Assembly: GCA_977016875.1 (NCBI GenBank)
Contig: CDRNST010000323.1
Span: forward strand, 434,001-498,000
Direction of reading: 5' to 3'
Source of the DNA: Pavona decussata
Taxonomy: Eukaryota
Length of the DNA: 64,000 bases
The position numbers were made by a program, and so were the translations under genes. The notes under the pieces are model-generated. The model searched no databases, had not been told where the DNA came from, and was given only the letters and a program-made list of their open reading frames with translations. Positions 1 through 12,866 of the stretch are shown here, piece by piece. Position 1 is the stretch's first letter. Every line of letters begins with the position of its first letter.

Positions 1-674
1 TCCAAAGCTTCCCTTGATATCCCACTCAATAACTTCTGTTATTTAATTCGCAGTTAACACATCAGTTATTCGTAGTAAGAGGTGAAGTTCATCAACAATT
101 ATGTGATCTAATTCAATGCCCAGAAGTGGTTCGTTACAGCGGCCATAATTATCGGCTGATGTTTGGGACATTTCTTTCATTTCCAATAAAGACCTTGAAA
201 GTGGCTCAGAATTAAAATTAACTAAAATGTTTATCTGTTTTCCATCTATTATCCTTGTGGATTTTACACCATGCACATGCATAGTTAGTTGTTGCTCCAT
301 TTGTAATCACCACCAAGAAAAAATTCTGTTTCAATTTCAGTGTCCCTAACATTAATCTTGGCTTCAGTAATCATGCTGCTAATTTCACTGAAAATGCTTC
401 CAAATGATTCTTTTAGAGAGCTATAATCTTTTTGTCTATTAAGGATTGCTCGAGTTATGTTCCCTTTTGCTGTCATAACTTGATCGGCTGTTTGTAAAAT
501 GGAAAATGACAATAAGACGAAGCTTGAATTTCGAGTCATGCATGCTCCATCACGATTTATCTTGATTTCAGTTTTTTCAGTTGTGGGGTTTTCTCTCAGG
601 TACTCTTGGACATGTTCCTTGATAAGGTACAGCATTAACTTTTGCCCCAGGTGCCTTTCCTGGTAGGCTGTCAA
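1..674 (-). pseudogene. Transib/RAG1-core-like (or Chapaev-related) DDE transposase fragment
   Basis: ORFs 285-674 and 43-300 join across a frameshift: IKINRDGA...[46 protein letters not shown]. These match the DG, GDYK, CxxC and LH motifs of RAG1/Transib-like cores. Runs toward the left window edge. Confidence 0.65.
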
Positions 675-727
675 TGTGGCATAGCTTGTTCAAATTGGTT
701 CAACATTGCTGAATTAAATAAGACTTT

Positions 728-812
728 GGGCGCTTTGTCTCCCCAATGTTTTGAGAGTGGCACTTCTTGCATTGGATTAAGTAGATGAGGTTTTTGGAAT
801 GGCAAGATATGT
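728..812 (-). mobile_element. Penelope-like element GIY-YIG endonuclease fragment
   Basis: Manual translation: HISCHSKNLIYLIQCKKCHSQNIGETKR. Confidence 0.55.
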
Positions 813-817
813 AGTCA

Positions 818-985
818 GAGCATCATGCCAGACACGGGAATGTTTGACTGTCTGCACTCCCATAATGCATCATTCACATCAGAGTATTTTGCAGGGTGGA
901 CCCTCTTTTGTTGACCAGGCTTCATGCTTGTCTCATACTGGGACAGAATCTCCGTCTTGGTACGCAGAATTTTCTGGGCCTTGCC
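818..985 (-). mobile_element. Tigger/pogo transposase CENP-B-type HTH fragment
   Basis: Manual translation: KTEILSQYETSMKPGQQKRVHPAKYSDVNDALWECRQSNIPVSGMML. Confidence 0.55.
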
Positions 986-1694
986 TTTATTATAAAATAA
1001 AATTTTGTCATCAAACTAAGTTAGGAAATTGACGTAAAGGGGAAATGTGCTTCCATAAATACGTTGACTTCCTGCGCAACCAGATGTTTAATTCCTTAAC
1101 TGTAACTGAAGCAAGTTCAAAATAAAGAAACTTCACGCTCATGTACAATTAGCGCACAAGTTTTTGGCAATAATAATGGTGCACAAAATCATTTTTTACA
1201 ACCTCTCTTTATTAGAACGTGGAGGCTGAAAGATTTAAGAACACAGTAATGCAAAGGTAACGCAATACTCCAAGATAATTACACACTTGCTGACTCGACT
1301 AACGTTGTTTGCGGTAAAAATATAAATTCCTCTTTATGAATAAGAAGATCCTTTTACCAAACAAATATGAAAAAGAGGGAGAGCATTCTTTATTTAAGCT
1401 TTAAAATGAAATCAACACAGTAAAAAATCAGAAGTGTTGTTACTGCTTGGTGGACTCCGATAATAAAATTAATTACAACTTCGGTTGATTCCTAAGGTTG
1501 GTCTCATTAATTTACCAACATTCTGCGTTAAATACAAATACAAGTAAGTAATTAATCGCCTACTAACTTCTTGATGTCAGACGAAGGCATGGCTGGAGAG
1601 GATAAGACGCTCAGATATGCCTCCACTAGAAAACTGTTATGTTTGCAGTGAGCATTTCGTCCCAAGCTGTTTCGAGCTGGATCTCTGAGCACAA

Positions 1695-2237
1695 TTAACT
1701 GGCGAGAAAGGCAAACGGCAATTGAGAGACGACGGTATACCGTCTGTGTTCAAATACAGCCATGATCACAAGGCGAAGAAACCGCGACTGATCTTGGGGA
1801 ATTATATGATAACTTACAGTGTTCCCTCTCCTCTTTGTCTTCTCTGAATGATTGTTACAATCGGGAACACAACAGCTCACCATTTCTAGCTAACCATACA
1901 CAGTTTAAAGCAAGCAAATCAATTGACACCCCAAAACACGCGTTTTAAAATTTGAATACAAGCTATTAATATAGAAGTGTGGTAGCAATATTTGTGAAGG
2001 ATTTGTGAAAGTCCCGCAAAATCTCTTTGACGATTGTACGTCACAACTTACTGCTGACCAGTTAGTCACAGCTCATAATTTTCCAAGATGGCAGAAATCT
2101 ATTTCATTTTTTACTCGTCTTTCCGGTGAAATATCCGAGTTGAAATAAGCCGCCAGGTAAAAAACTTGTCGAAAACTGAAGCTTGGATGAAAGGCCAAAC
2201 AAAGGAAAATTGTTCATTTTTACCCCGGAGTTCCCCT
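1695..2237 (-). mobile_element. 5' end of a THAP-encoding, probably Kolobok-type DNA transposon
   Basis: ORF 1883 starts MVSCCVPDCNN...SYHIIPQD (THAP N-terminus). About 350 bp upstream is a candidate terminus AGGGGAACTCC abutting TTAA (2238-2241), as expected for Kolobok. The other end was not found. Confidence 0.5.
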
Positions 2238-4189
2238 TTAAGGATAAGGTGTTGCTTAAAATTGAATAGCTGTAGTATGCCCCACAAGGATACTACTTCT
2301 TCACTGAATAGAAAATAAATCTGCTCTTGTGAAGAAATCTTTTCCCACTAACAGTGGAATGATCGCATCAAAAAGATACCGTTACAGAGAAGGCCCATTT
2401 GTTTAGTCTGTTCCAATATAAATTAAAGAAATCATTTCTCACTAAGGAAAAAACGATTGCCACGAAAAGATACAGCCACAGAGAATAAGTCAAGATTGTT
2501 TAATGTTCTCCAGTATTAGATGTATCTGCCGGTTTGAAGAAGAAATCTAACTAAACGGCGATAGCGACAATATGACAGCTACAAAGAAGGTTCAAAGAAA
2601 GACCTCTTGTTAAAGGGCTTCTACATTGTAAACATTCCTACACGCAATTATCAGCGACAAGATAATGCCTGACATTAGTGGAGAAATCAAGTTTTGTTGC
2701 ATTGACTGGTCATTTCTGTGACATTTATTTGGAATGAAGAACTAAAAACGGGTAAACTGAGAAGAATATAGTGAGTCTGGCAGAAAAAGATTCCAAATTG
2801 TTGTCTATTTGCAGCAGGATATGCGATTATACCACGTCTTTGTTCTCAAAAATTATCAAATAGTATTGACAGATAAACACCTGAACGTCTAAGCCATCGT
2901 CAGCCAATTAGGATATTGTTAGTCGCTAACAGAATAACAGGTTTTCTGTTAGTGCGTAACCTCAGATCTAATCACCAATATTTAAGCCATAGGACGGAAA
3001 AACATGCTAAATGAAGTGTCTACCCTCCTTTGAATGCTGCAAGTCACGACTCAGTTGCTTGCTTTTAACGGAATATATAATGAAGGGAACGTTACGATTG
3101 AAGGGCCGTCAGACAGCCGAATAAATTTGTGGGATAAACTAACTGAAGATATCAGCAGTATCCAAAAACGAACTTTATTCTGACGGTTCATTTGCTCAAT
3201 TGACATTTAACTGGTTTTCGAATAGAACAAGGAGCGCCAAATGATTTTATTATACAACAGTTGTTTTTCTGAAACACGAGGGGCCGTACAAAATGTTCAA
3301 GCCAGTTCCGTTTGGCACCAAAATGCGATCACTTGCCGCAAATCGTGCTCAAATTTAATAATGGCGGGAATTATTTGTAAGTTTACTTTCAAACAATATG
3401 CTTCTGCTCCTGGCGTTTTCTAAGACTTTTAATTATATAAATTACGTTGGTCTAATCAATATCATCAAATCCATGGTTAAAATTTAAGTTTACAAGCACA
3501 GTAGAGCGTTTAACTTACCCTTGCTGCCGTTTTCCGTGCCCAGAAGCGACGAGTTCTTTCCCCATAAACTACAATGCATCTTCTGCTTTTCACTCAAAAG
3601 CAACTTTGAGAGTCGTACAATATTGTTCGCTTTCGGCGGCGCGCTCTTTCTCATGTTGTGATTGTTAATGATAAATGATTATGGGCAGTGTTGGAATGGA
3701 AGAAAGTACCTGCCGAAGCCAGGCATTGCATTAAAGTGACAAAACTTTCCCTTTACGGGCTGGGTGAAGTTGTGAATTAGGGGCTGGAGGGGGAGAAGGA
3801 GAGGCTTGCACCAGTGACACCGTGACACAAAAATACTGTCTTATCAACGTATAACTCAATTTATTTAGTTTGACGAAACAAATAACAATAATTTTATAGC
3901 TCTACGTCAACGAATTGTTTCTCACTTATTTGACAATCAAAAATTCGTGCTACAATTAAAATGAACAATGTTCAAAATGAACAATGTTTGGTAAAAAAGA
4001 AACAGAGGGCAAAGGATTCCGTAATCGACAATGTGATAACTCAGATAATTCGATTAGAAAAGAGACCACAAGCAGTGATATGATGCGCGGTGGTTTTTGA
4101 GGTCATGGCAAAGTCTTGAATACTTGACTTTTCGTTTTTATACAGTTGTTTATAAGAGAGAGTTAATGATGAGAGTTAAAATATTACAT

Positions 4190-4470
4190 TTAGAGGTACT
4201 TCAGAGAAAAAGCTTTAAACTTAGTTTTCAGCAACTCGAAGTTTTTTACAGAGAATTTCAACCCCCCGTCGTCAGCTCCCGCAACCTCAATGTTCCGGCA
4301 GAAGATGAATTTTGATTGAACATCATTTTTATCTTGTGGCCGCGGCCAGATGAAAAAGCCCTGGTGTTCTATCAAGAAGTTGATACGAGCCTTGTTGGCT
4401 AACATCTTCTTGACTCTCCCAATGTAAAAGGCTTGTTCATATGCCATGGCAACCCACTCTTTCACTGCCA
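4190..4470 (-). pseudogene. Transposon-associated C-terminal beta-rich (Tudor/SH3-like) domain exon
   Basis: WVAMAYEQAFYIGRV...INFL...FIWPRPQDKNDVQSKFIF. Upstream S/D/E-rich spliced remnants lie between 4.6 and 7.0 kb. Possibly an accessory ORF of the Chapaev element. Confidence 0.4.
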
Positions 4471-7400
4471 GTTTCCTTAGGTCATAATCCTACGAAAAGA
4501 AAAAGCAAACATGTCTTTTATGCATCTTTCGTGTGTGTTTCTCTTCTGATTTTCTTGTTTCAGTACATTCTTTTTGCTCTTTTCAGTACTACTGCGGACT
4601 TTTAGCAAGGTCAGGTTACCTACCCATTCGTCTTGAAAGGCTTGTGTCACATGTTCCTGTGATGGTGATGCCTGTGCTGCTTGTGTAACACGTTTTTGTG
4701 GTGCTGAAATTGAAATAGACATGACGTTAACAATCAATTAATCAATCACTTTTTTCTCACTGTGGCATGATATACCTTTTCCTGTTAAAGAGGATCTTGG
4801 CTTTGCGTGGCTGGCGAGAAATGAAAATCGCCAAAAGGGTTAAGATGAGGAGATTAATAAATACTACTCGTTGCTGGATTAATTAAAATGAGATGCTGTT
4901 CTGGATGGTTGGGACATACCTCTTTCCTATATACACTATTCAAGGTCATTTACGTCTCATTCTTGTCATTGTTTTGCACTCCATATTTTTAAATTTCTGA
5001 AAGTCAATGCACAGTTTCTATATGGTGATACCATTCAAGTTCATAACCATTTAAGGTCTAGATTGTTCTTTGATATAATTAGTCGTAAAAACCAATTTGT
5101 AAAGTTATATTGCAAACCATCCCAAATCCCAAAACCCCTTACAGCTACAGGGGCAAATAAATGTCTTATAAAGTAAACAAACACGCCTTTACTGTAGAAC
5201 TTTTCTGTACTTTCGACCGTTTATTTTTCTCTTCGCTCTACAAAACAAAGCTGGGAAACCCATCACCACAGTGGATCACATTCATTGCACCGCAAAGGAG
5301 TACTGTTTCAGATTGGCGCAAAATCAGGCATATTACCTTGTTTTTTTAACCCTTCCCTGTCATCCTTGTCCTTTCCGCCACTGTTGTCGATGTCACACTG
5401 CTGCCGCCTCTTCTTTCCACACTCAGAGACTTAAAATAGTGGGGAAAAAACAATAACCACAACAGTTAAGATTTTCAGGCCATTTATGATAAATAAACAA
5501 ATAAAAATTGTTATTGAGGGCTTTAACTTTCCATGGAATTATTCACCCCTTGCTGTCCAAGATTGTAGAGAATATTACATTATCAGTAAATGAAAATTTT
5601 ATGCTTTCGTTTAAAAATGGAAGTTAAATGCTTGAATGATTAAATTTGCAAAATATATAATTTTTTTCACAGCATCATAGTAACTTAATGGTGGGTTTAA
5701 GATGGCCTACTTCATTGATTTCAACCTCACTCATTGCTCTTCCTCATTCAGCAAAAAATTGTGGAATAGGAAGAAATCTTGTGCAATACCTCTAAAGTAG
5801 ACGACAGCTCATCAGATTCACTTGAATCCTCTGCTCGAGAGGTCTGCTTTTCCTCTGTGATGGATTTAGCCTGAACAACGAAGGCATTGAATTCTGGATG
5901 AGTTTTATTATACACTGTATCGACGTTCATAAATGTTATTTGTCAAACAGTTGGTCTGATTATAGGCAACCTTTGAAAGAGAAAAACGGCCACACTCGAA
6001 CTTAATACTCAGAGGTGAATTACTTTTCGTGATCACATACTCATGTAAGCTCTCGAAAATATTCTGGGTCATTTATTCATTGCCTCTCCTTATAGTTGTT
6101 AACTGGTCATCACAGAACAACTTCTTTTACCTTAGCGAACTCTGACAGAGGGACATCGTCTTCTGATTCAGCAGCACTGGATTCGTCTGAAGCTGATGAA
6201 GCCTGTGGAAAAAAAAGGAAAAAGATATACAACTTGTGGATTAATTAAAAATTTAGTACTAAGAATTCAACCGATAATGTGAGAGGCGTAACCATTTCAT
6301 ATGAACAAACTGCCAGCAATTTATGAAAGTGAAAGTTTAACTTCTTTCCTACTAAACATTTAAACGTTATACATGATGCGAATTGCTTAAGGACGTATCA
6401 TGGTAAGCTTTGAAACTCTCCTCTAGAAAACTCTCGCTTAATGCGTTATTTTCAGCTTGAAGGTCATCGACGTCCGCTCTAAACTGTCTGAATTCCTGAG
6501 GTCAGAAAAGACAGAGTGAAACGAATAAAGAAGATTATTATAATTTAGTTTCAACAATATTATTACTAAAAACTGTAAACAATCTACATTTCAATAATGG
6601 TAGTGGTAGTGAGGTATTAAGTATCCTTTCTTTCATCATACGCTTATGAAAATAGTTTGCCACAAGAAAGGTTCCGACAGTAAGATGACCAAACAAAGTT
6701 TATTGAAGCGAAGCGGTAGAGACTTTAACAATGCTTGGAAGTGAAGTGATGTGTAGCAAAGTGATAAGAAAGTCTTTTCCAAAAACAAGAAGTAGATAAT
6801 GAGATAAAAACTATAAGTAGACTTACAAGTATAAGTAGCTAAACTTACAAACTCAAGAAACAAACGAAAAACTTCATTTATCCCATACAAAAGGCAGTAA
6901 AAACGGTAGCATGCACAAAGTTATGACTTACTTCCGTGTCTACATTGGGGATTTACACTGTTTAACTTGAGCGTTAGTCTGAACTGATTTGATCTTTACA
7001 CGATGACACGTTGACTGAAACTTGGCATTTTCCTTTAACATGTTTGAGGAACGATCTGGAGAACTTTTTCTGTCTCTTGTAGAATCCTTCCATTCTCTTT
7101 TAGAAACTTTGTCAAAGCCTGAATGGTTGCGGCAGCGGTCTCCTAGTAATTCAAGAGCAGTTTTAAAACAGTGTTAGACTTTTTGTCTTAAGTAAGTGCA
7201 TCTTAAAAGTTGTTTAGGGTAGGGGAATGGATTTGTGAACTCTACCTCTTGTTGAGCCTGTTGTCGCAATAGTTTAACTGCTTGCATGAGTTGGACAATC
7301 ATGGGATGTATCTGGGCCTCATCTATGTCCAGTCTTGATGTGGCAATTAAATACATCATATACTCCTGGGTAGCAGTGGCTTGTTCCAAATACTCCTTGG

Positions 7401-7578
7401 CTTGCTTCTCATGTTTATGAGCTTCTCTCAAAGTTTGCAAGTGAGTGTCAATATTTGCATCATTAGGATCTGCCTCAGTTTTAGCAAGCTTGGCAATTAA
7501 TCTTTCATCCATTTCACTACATTCATTTTCGAAAAGGTCATAGAACTTGAGAAACAAGCCAAGGCTTATGTGAAGTCA

Positions 7579-7832
7579 TGTGGAGAACCCAAGAACACCA
7601 CACTTTCACAATTTCACAGTAGAATTTATTTGGAGATTCGAATAAAGATCACACTACCCAAAGTCACAAAAATCGGTCAACTAACTGAGCAGGAATGTAC
7701 ACAACATCTTATCTCTCCCACAGAGCTTGCACAAACAATTATTCATTGGCTAAAATCTAAATCTACGTAATTCGATACACGGTGTTGAAAAGTAATCAGA
7801 CAGTTCGTAACACAATCACTTAGTTTCCGACA
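7579..7832 (-). repeat. 3' LTR of BEL/Pao element 1
   Basis: TGTCGGAAAC...GGTTCTCCACA on the minus strand; near-identical to 12614-12866. Confidence 0.95.
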
Positions 7833-10800
7833 CACACTCCCCCATGTGATTCCTACAAAGGATCACATGCCTAAGGAAACTGATTAATAATACTAGAATG
7901 ATAATGCTAACAATCTCGAACAACAACGAAATAACAAAAGGAAAAACTAGCCACACAGTTCAAGTTCAACTCTAAAGTCACGTTCAGTGTTCAATCGCTC
8001 ATAGGTTGTTGTTAGAGTTCCACTTGTGCCTCGTCCTGAATGCGCAATCGAGCAGCAACTGCAGCGTCACGCCTGGGCCTTTAGGAGGGGGCCTCAGGAT
8101 TTAACTTCGCTGGTTCTGCGGCCCGTCTTTCTCTGTCACAGGATAATTCAAGAGGGTAGAAGTGCTGGATTGGTCTCTCCAAGAAAGCTTTTCCGGCACG
8201 TAACCTTGCACTGCAAACAAGACCGTCACAACCGTTGAACAGCTTAACTACCACTCCCGCCGTCCACTTTCCTCGATTTCGTTCCTCTTACCGAATGAGA
8301 ACAACATCTCCTTCGTTCAAGGATGTTGGCTTGCCTTCCCTGTTACAGCGATGACGCTCCCTAAGAGCAGCCAGGTACTCACGGGTCCAGCGTTTCAATA
8401 ACGCATCTTTACAGGACCTCAGGTACTTAGCTCGCTTCCGCAGGTCCGCGTTTTCCTCTCGCCAATGCTGTTGCTCAGGTAGCCGGTTGGTTCGCTGGAA
8501 CAGGAAAGATGCTGGAGTGAGCATCAAGAACTGGACGTCATCTTCGACGTAAGAAAGGGAACTGCGGTTAAGTTGTGTTTTGACTTCGAGGACCACCTCA
8601 CACAGCTTTGGCCAAGTCAACATTCCTCCTACAATCGTCTTATAGAAAGACTGTTTGAAGAGACCAATCAGTCGCTCAAATTGGCCTCCCCACCAAGGCG
8701 CCCGACTCAGGTTGAATTTCCAGTGGATCTCTTCATCAGCGAGATAGCATTGGATCCGTTCGTTGCTCTGATCTGCTTCAGCCACCATGCTGCACCGATG
8801 AAAGTTCGTCCGTTGTCCGAGTAAATCTGTGAAGGTCGTCCTCTCCGGGCGATAAGGCACTTTAGGCTACACAGGAACGTCACTTTCTCCAGATTAGGTA
8901 GAACTTCCAGATGCAGGGCTCTGGTCAAGCTGCAGGCAAACAGAACCAAATACGCTTTGTCCTCAATACGTGCTGATATGCGGTATTTGATCAGGCCAAT
9001 GAAGTCCACACCGGTGACTTTAAAAGCTGTCGACCCCTCAGTTCTTTCACGGGCAATAAACTAGGAGGTGGAGCAGCATATGCTTGTGCCTGGAAACGTT
9101 TGCACCCCCAACAGCCCTTGATGATTTTCTTCACGACTTGGCGAAGGCGTGGAACCCAATGACGCTCACGGACATCAGCCATAGTGCAAGTTACGTCTCC
9201 ATGTAGAGTGCGGAGGTGTGCTCGCTGGACTAACTTCTCGGTAAACCGACAGTTGTCCGGTAGGTAGATAGGATAGTGTCCTTGGATACGTCCTCGACAC
9301 TCCAGGATGCCCTCCCCATTGCACTGAATATTCAGCTGCAGTTTATCACCGTCAAACTTGGGTGAGTTCATGGCTCTAGACTGCACTCAACGAATCCACC
9401 AGCTGGTACGAGACTCTTGCTCTGCTGCAGAATTAGGCCCGACAAACTTTGGAGTACCACTGTGGCAATTTCGCACAAACCTCACAATCCATGCAGAAAC
9501 GCGAAGGGTTCTGCGAAGGTCACGCCATTCTAGTAGCTGACACCGGGTTAAGTGGCCATGCGTCCCGATCCTGCAGCTATTCCGGTCCGTTCCACCACAG
9601 TCCTGATCCAATTACATCTTCCCCATGACTCTCGATGTCCGCTGGATTTTGGTCGGTCGGCATGTGTCTCCACTCATCAACCTCATGCTCTCTGATTTTC
9701 CGGTTACGGTTCGTGACGAACTGGCGATATTCTCCGTCTCCTTGAACCCAGTAGAGCGCAACGATACTGTCGAGCTAGCAATGAACCGATGTCACAGGAA
9801 ACCCAGTTAAAGCGCAATGTACATTGTTGACCAGGTTTACAGTCATGTGTCCTGCTACCAGCTCCAGCCTTGGAATCGTCAGTCTTTGCTTAGCCAGACG
9901 CGCCTTCGCTGTCACCAGACCTTGTGTCGTTCCAGAAGTCTGTTGTACTACTGCATAACCAGCGGCGGCCACACCACCCCCACTAGGGTCTCCGAATCCG
10001 TGAAGCTCCACAGCTTCAATGGTCTCTCGTTGTGGTGCGAGGGTTCTTCTGGTCGATGCGTTTGAGGGTAGAGTGCCTTCCCATTTCCTTCACTTCGCTG
10101 CAGGGTCATTGGGCAGAGAGGCATCCCACGCTTGCTTCAGCTCGCAGGCATCCCGATAGAGAAACTTTTCTTGCAGAGTCATGGGAGAAACTAGACCCAG
10201 AGGGTCGTAGATTCGAGTTAGCTTCCCCAAAATTCCTCTTTTTGTCGATTCTGCGTTCGCTATAGGAAATGTCACGCTCAGGGTGTCTTCAACCTTATCC
10301 CAGCCCAGTCCAAGTAGTTCGCTCCCCTCCCCTGAGGCAGAGCCCAGCTGAAGCTTGGCATATGTGTCCTTGATGTCAGTAGACTGCTCTTGAGGTTCGA
10401 GATCTAACTCAGGTGCATTAGAGTGGTTCTCGTGAAGCTGTAGATCGCGCCCGTTGTCAGCAGGTAGTTCTTCAGCATCGAACTCCAGTTCGGGTGTGTT
10501 AGAGTGCCTTTTGTAAAGCTAAAAGCCGCCATCTGAGAAGATTGATTTTGCGTCGCTCTTTAGCTCCTTGGCTTTAGGCAGAGTAGGTCCCCCAGAAATT
10601 AGGTGGTCTACATATAGACTTCGTAGAATCTCAGCTACTATGTCAGGAAGGGGATCATTCCAGCTCTCCAGGTGTTGCTCGACCACTCCCCCTAGCAGGA
10701 AAGGAGAGGGCGCTAAGCCAAACAGCGCCCTGGTAAACCTCAGTATTTGGACCTCACCTGAGTCTAAGTCCTTAAGCCAGAAGAAACGAAGTGCATCTCG

Positions 10801-12613
10801 TTTTTCCTCTCTAATCCTCACTTGTAGAAAAGCCTTTCGCATGTCACCAGTTAGAGCCACTGAGTGGAAACGGCCGCAAACTAAGACGTCCCAGAGTTTG
10901 TTCTGGAGGGCTGGTCCGGGTTCCAGGCAGTAGTTTAGAGAAGGTGACCTCTTTTCACCACGCGCAGAAGAGTCATATACCACACGGAGCTTAGTGGTCT
11001 CGGCGCTTTCCTTGATGACTGCAGGATGAGGCATGTAATACTCTCTCCCCGCTGGTTGGGAAGGAGCTAGCTCAACCACGCCCTCCTTCAGTTGATCTTT
11101 GATAATTTGGTCATACTCTTAAAGCTTTTCCACATGACGTAGTTTTGTGACTTGGGTGCGTAGACGTCGCAGACTGCCCTCCCGGTTGTAGTGTAGAGGG
11201 GGGTGATCTCCTTTCCATGGCAACCCAGTCTCATACCATCCTTCTTCCGGGTTGCATGACAGCTGCTCTCAGAACTCTTTTACACTTCTTTTTGATCGCT
11301 AGCGAGTGTGTCTGCCAAACCAAGGACATCCAGGGAGCAAAGCTTTTCATAGTCTTGGATTGCATCAACAACAAGAAATCCAGCGGACACGTCTGTTTCA
11401 ACCCCAGGAGCCATAACGGACCATCCAAAATTAGTGAGCTCTGCTACCGGCTCCTGGCGATGCCCAACACGCAGAGACATGCTTGTACGGATCTGGGCGG
11501 ACTCGTTTGCTCCCAAGATTATGTGTACAGGTAGATGTTCTTCCGCAGATTGGTCGTCTAACCAGACTCCATGTAAGTGCCAGTGCCCCTCGATGCCTTC
11601 GGCACACCGTGGATTATCCATCAACAGCAGCTCTTTGTTTGTTGATTTGCGTGACGCGCATTCAACTCAAAATCACGCTTGACTGACCAGAAGCGGAGGT
11701 CATATTCCAGAAGCTTTGTTGTTGTCACAACCAACAACGTGGCTACACGTCACGTTCCACTCTTGACCGCACGTGCGTGTGTGAGCTCTATTGACGTGGA
11801 CGACACGTAGGAGTGACTTGCCCTGCTGTCGAGAAGCGCTCTGAATTTCTGACCACCAACCTCAAAAATAACCACCGGATGCACAACAGACGATCCAACA
11901 ATGTTCGTTGTCAGACTTGGCTCGGATGACTCAACACACAACGATGTGTGGTGCCTTTTACGGCAGACACGGCATGACACTTTGCTAGGAGAGCTTATAG
12001 CTTTGTGTAGTCCCGCCGCACAGTTAAAACAAAGTTTGTTATTGGCAAGAAACGCTTTGCGCTTATCAGGCGTTGCCACTTTATCGCATTCAGATGAGCG
12101 ATGACGTTCGTCATCACAATAGACACAGATGCTAACATACTGATCTTGCGAGTGAAAGACACGCTCGCTTGTGGCAGATGAGCGTTTCGATGATCCGGAT
12201 TTGCCGCTGGATTCAGCAATGGGATTCGTGGTTGTCCACTTGCGTAGAGCCTCCAGTAATTTCGCGAAGGTCCACGATCTCCAATCGCCAATCACATGAG
12301 TGGCGAGTTCACTGCAGAGAGGATCCAATTTCTTAATGATCACATAGTACGCAACTCCTTGTACTGATTCTGATTTTGCTGAAAATTGACTTTTGAATCG
12401 CACCCAATTAATTGCAGTCCCATTGAATGGCGTTATTGTCAGCTTGGGAAGCTTTACTGCCGCAGTCTTAGCGGATATCTTGTTTTGCTTGATGACCGCT
12501 TCTAGTTTCTGATCTAGCAGCTGTTTCTCTAGCACCATTTCGCCGAGTTGTTTCTTTAGCGACATGATAAGAATATCTCGTTAAACGGTGAGTCCCGTCG
12601 GAGGTGCCAGTAG

Positions 12614-12866
12614 TGTGGAGAACCCAAGAACACCACACTTTCACAATTTCACAGTAGAATTATTCGGAGATTCAAATAAAGATCACACTTCCCAAAGTCA
12701 CAAAAATTGGTCAACTAACTGAGCAGGAATGTACACAACATCTTATCTCTTTGACAGGGCTTGCACAAACAATTATTCATTGGCTAAAATCTAAATCTAC
12801 GTAATTCAATACACGGTGTTGAAAAGTAATCAGACAGTTCGTAACACAATCACGTAGTTTCCGACC
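12614..12866 (-). repeat. 5' LTR of BEL/Pao element 1
   Basis: Direct repeat of 7579-7832 with the terminal T mutated; followed by the PBS. Confidence 0.95.

Larger units (their letters stand above)
7579..12866 (-). mobile_element. BEL/Pao LTR retrotransposon (degraded, both LTRs present)
   Basis: Gag with KLPKLTITPFNG and Cys/His knuckles (11750-12565), protease LLDSRASHSY, RT YYMPHPAV...LRVVYD...LYVD, RNase H LHGFGD..TIPRLEL, integrase DFIG..HLE..SDNG..APWWGGQFERLI. PBS TGGCACCTCCGACGGGACTC next to the 5' LTR; PPT GGGGGAG. No clear TSD. Confidence 0.95.
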
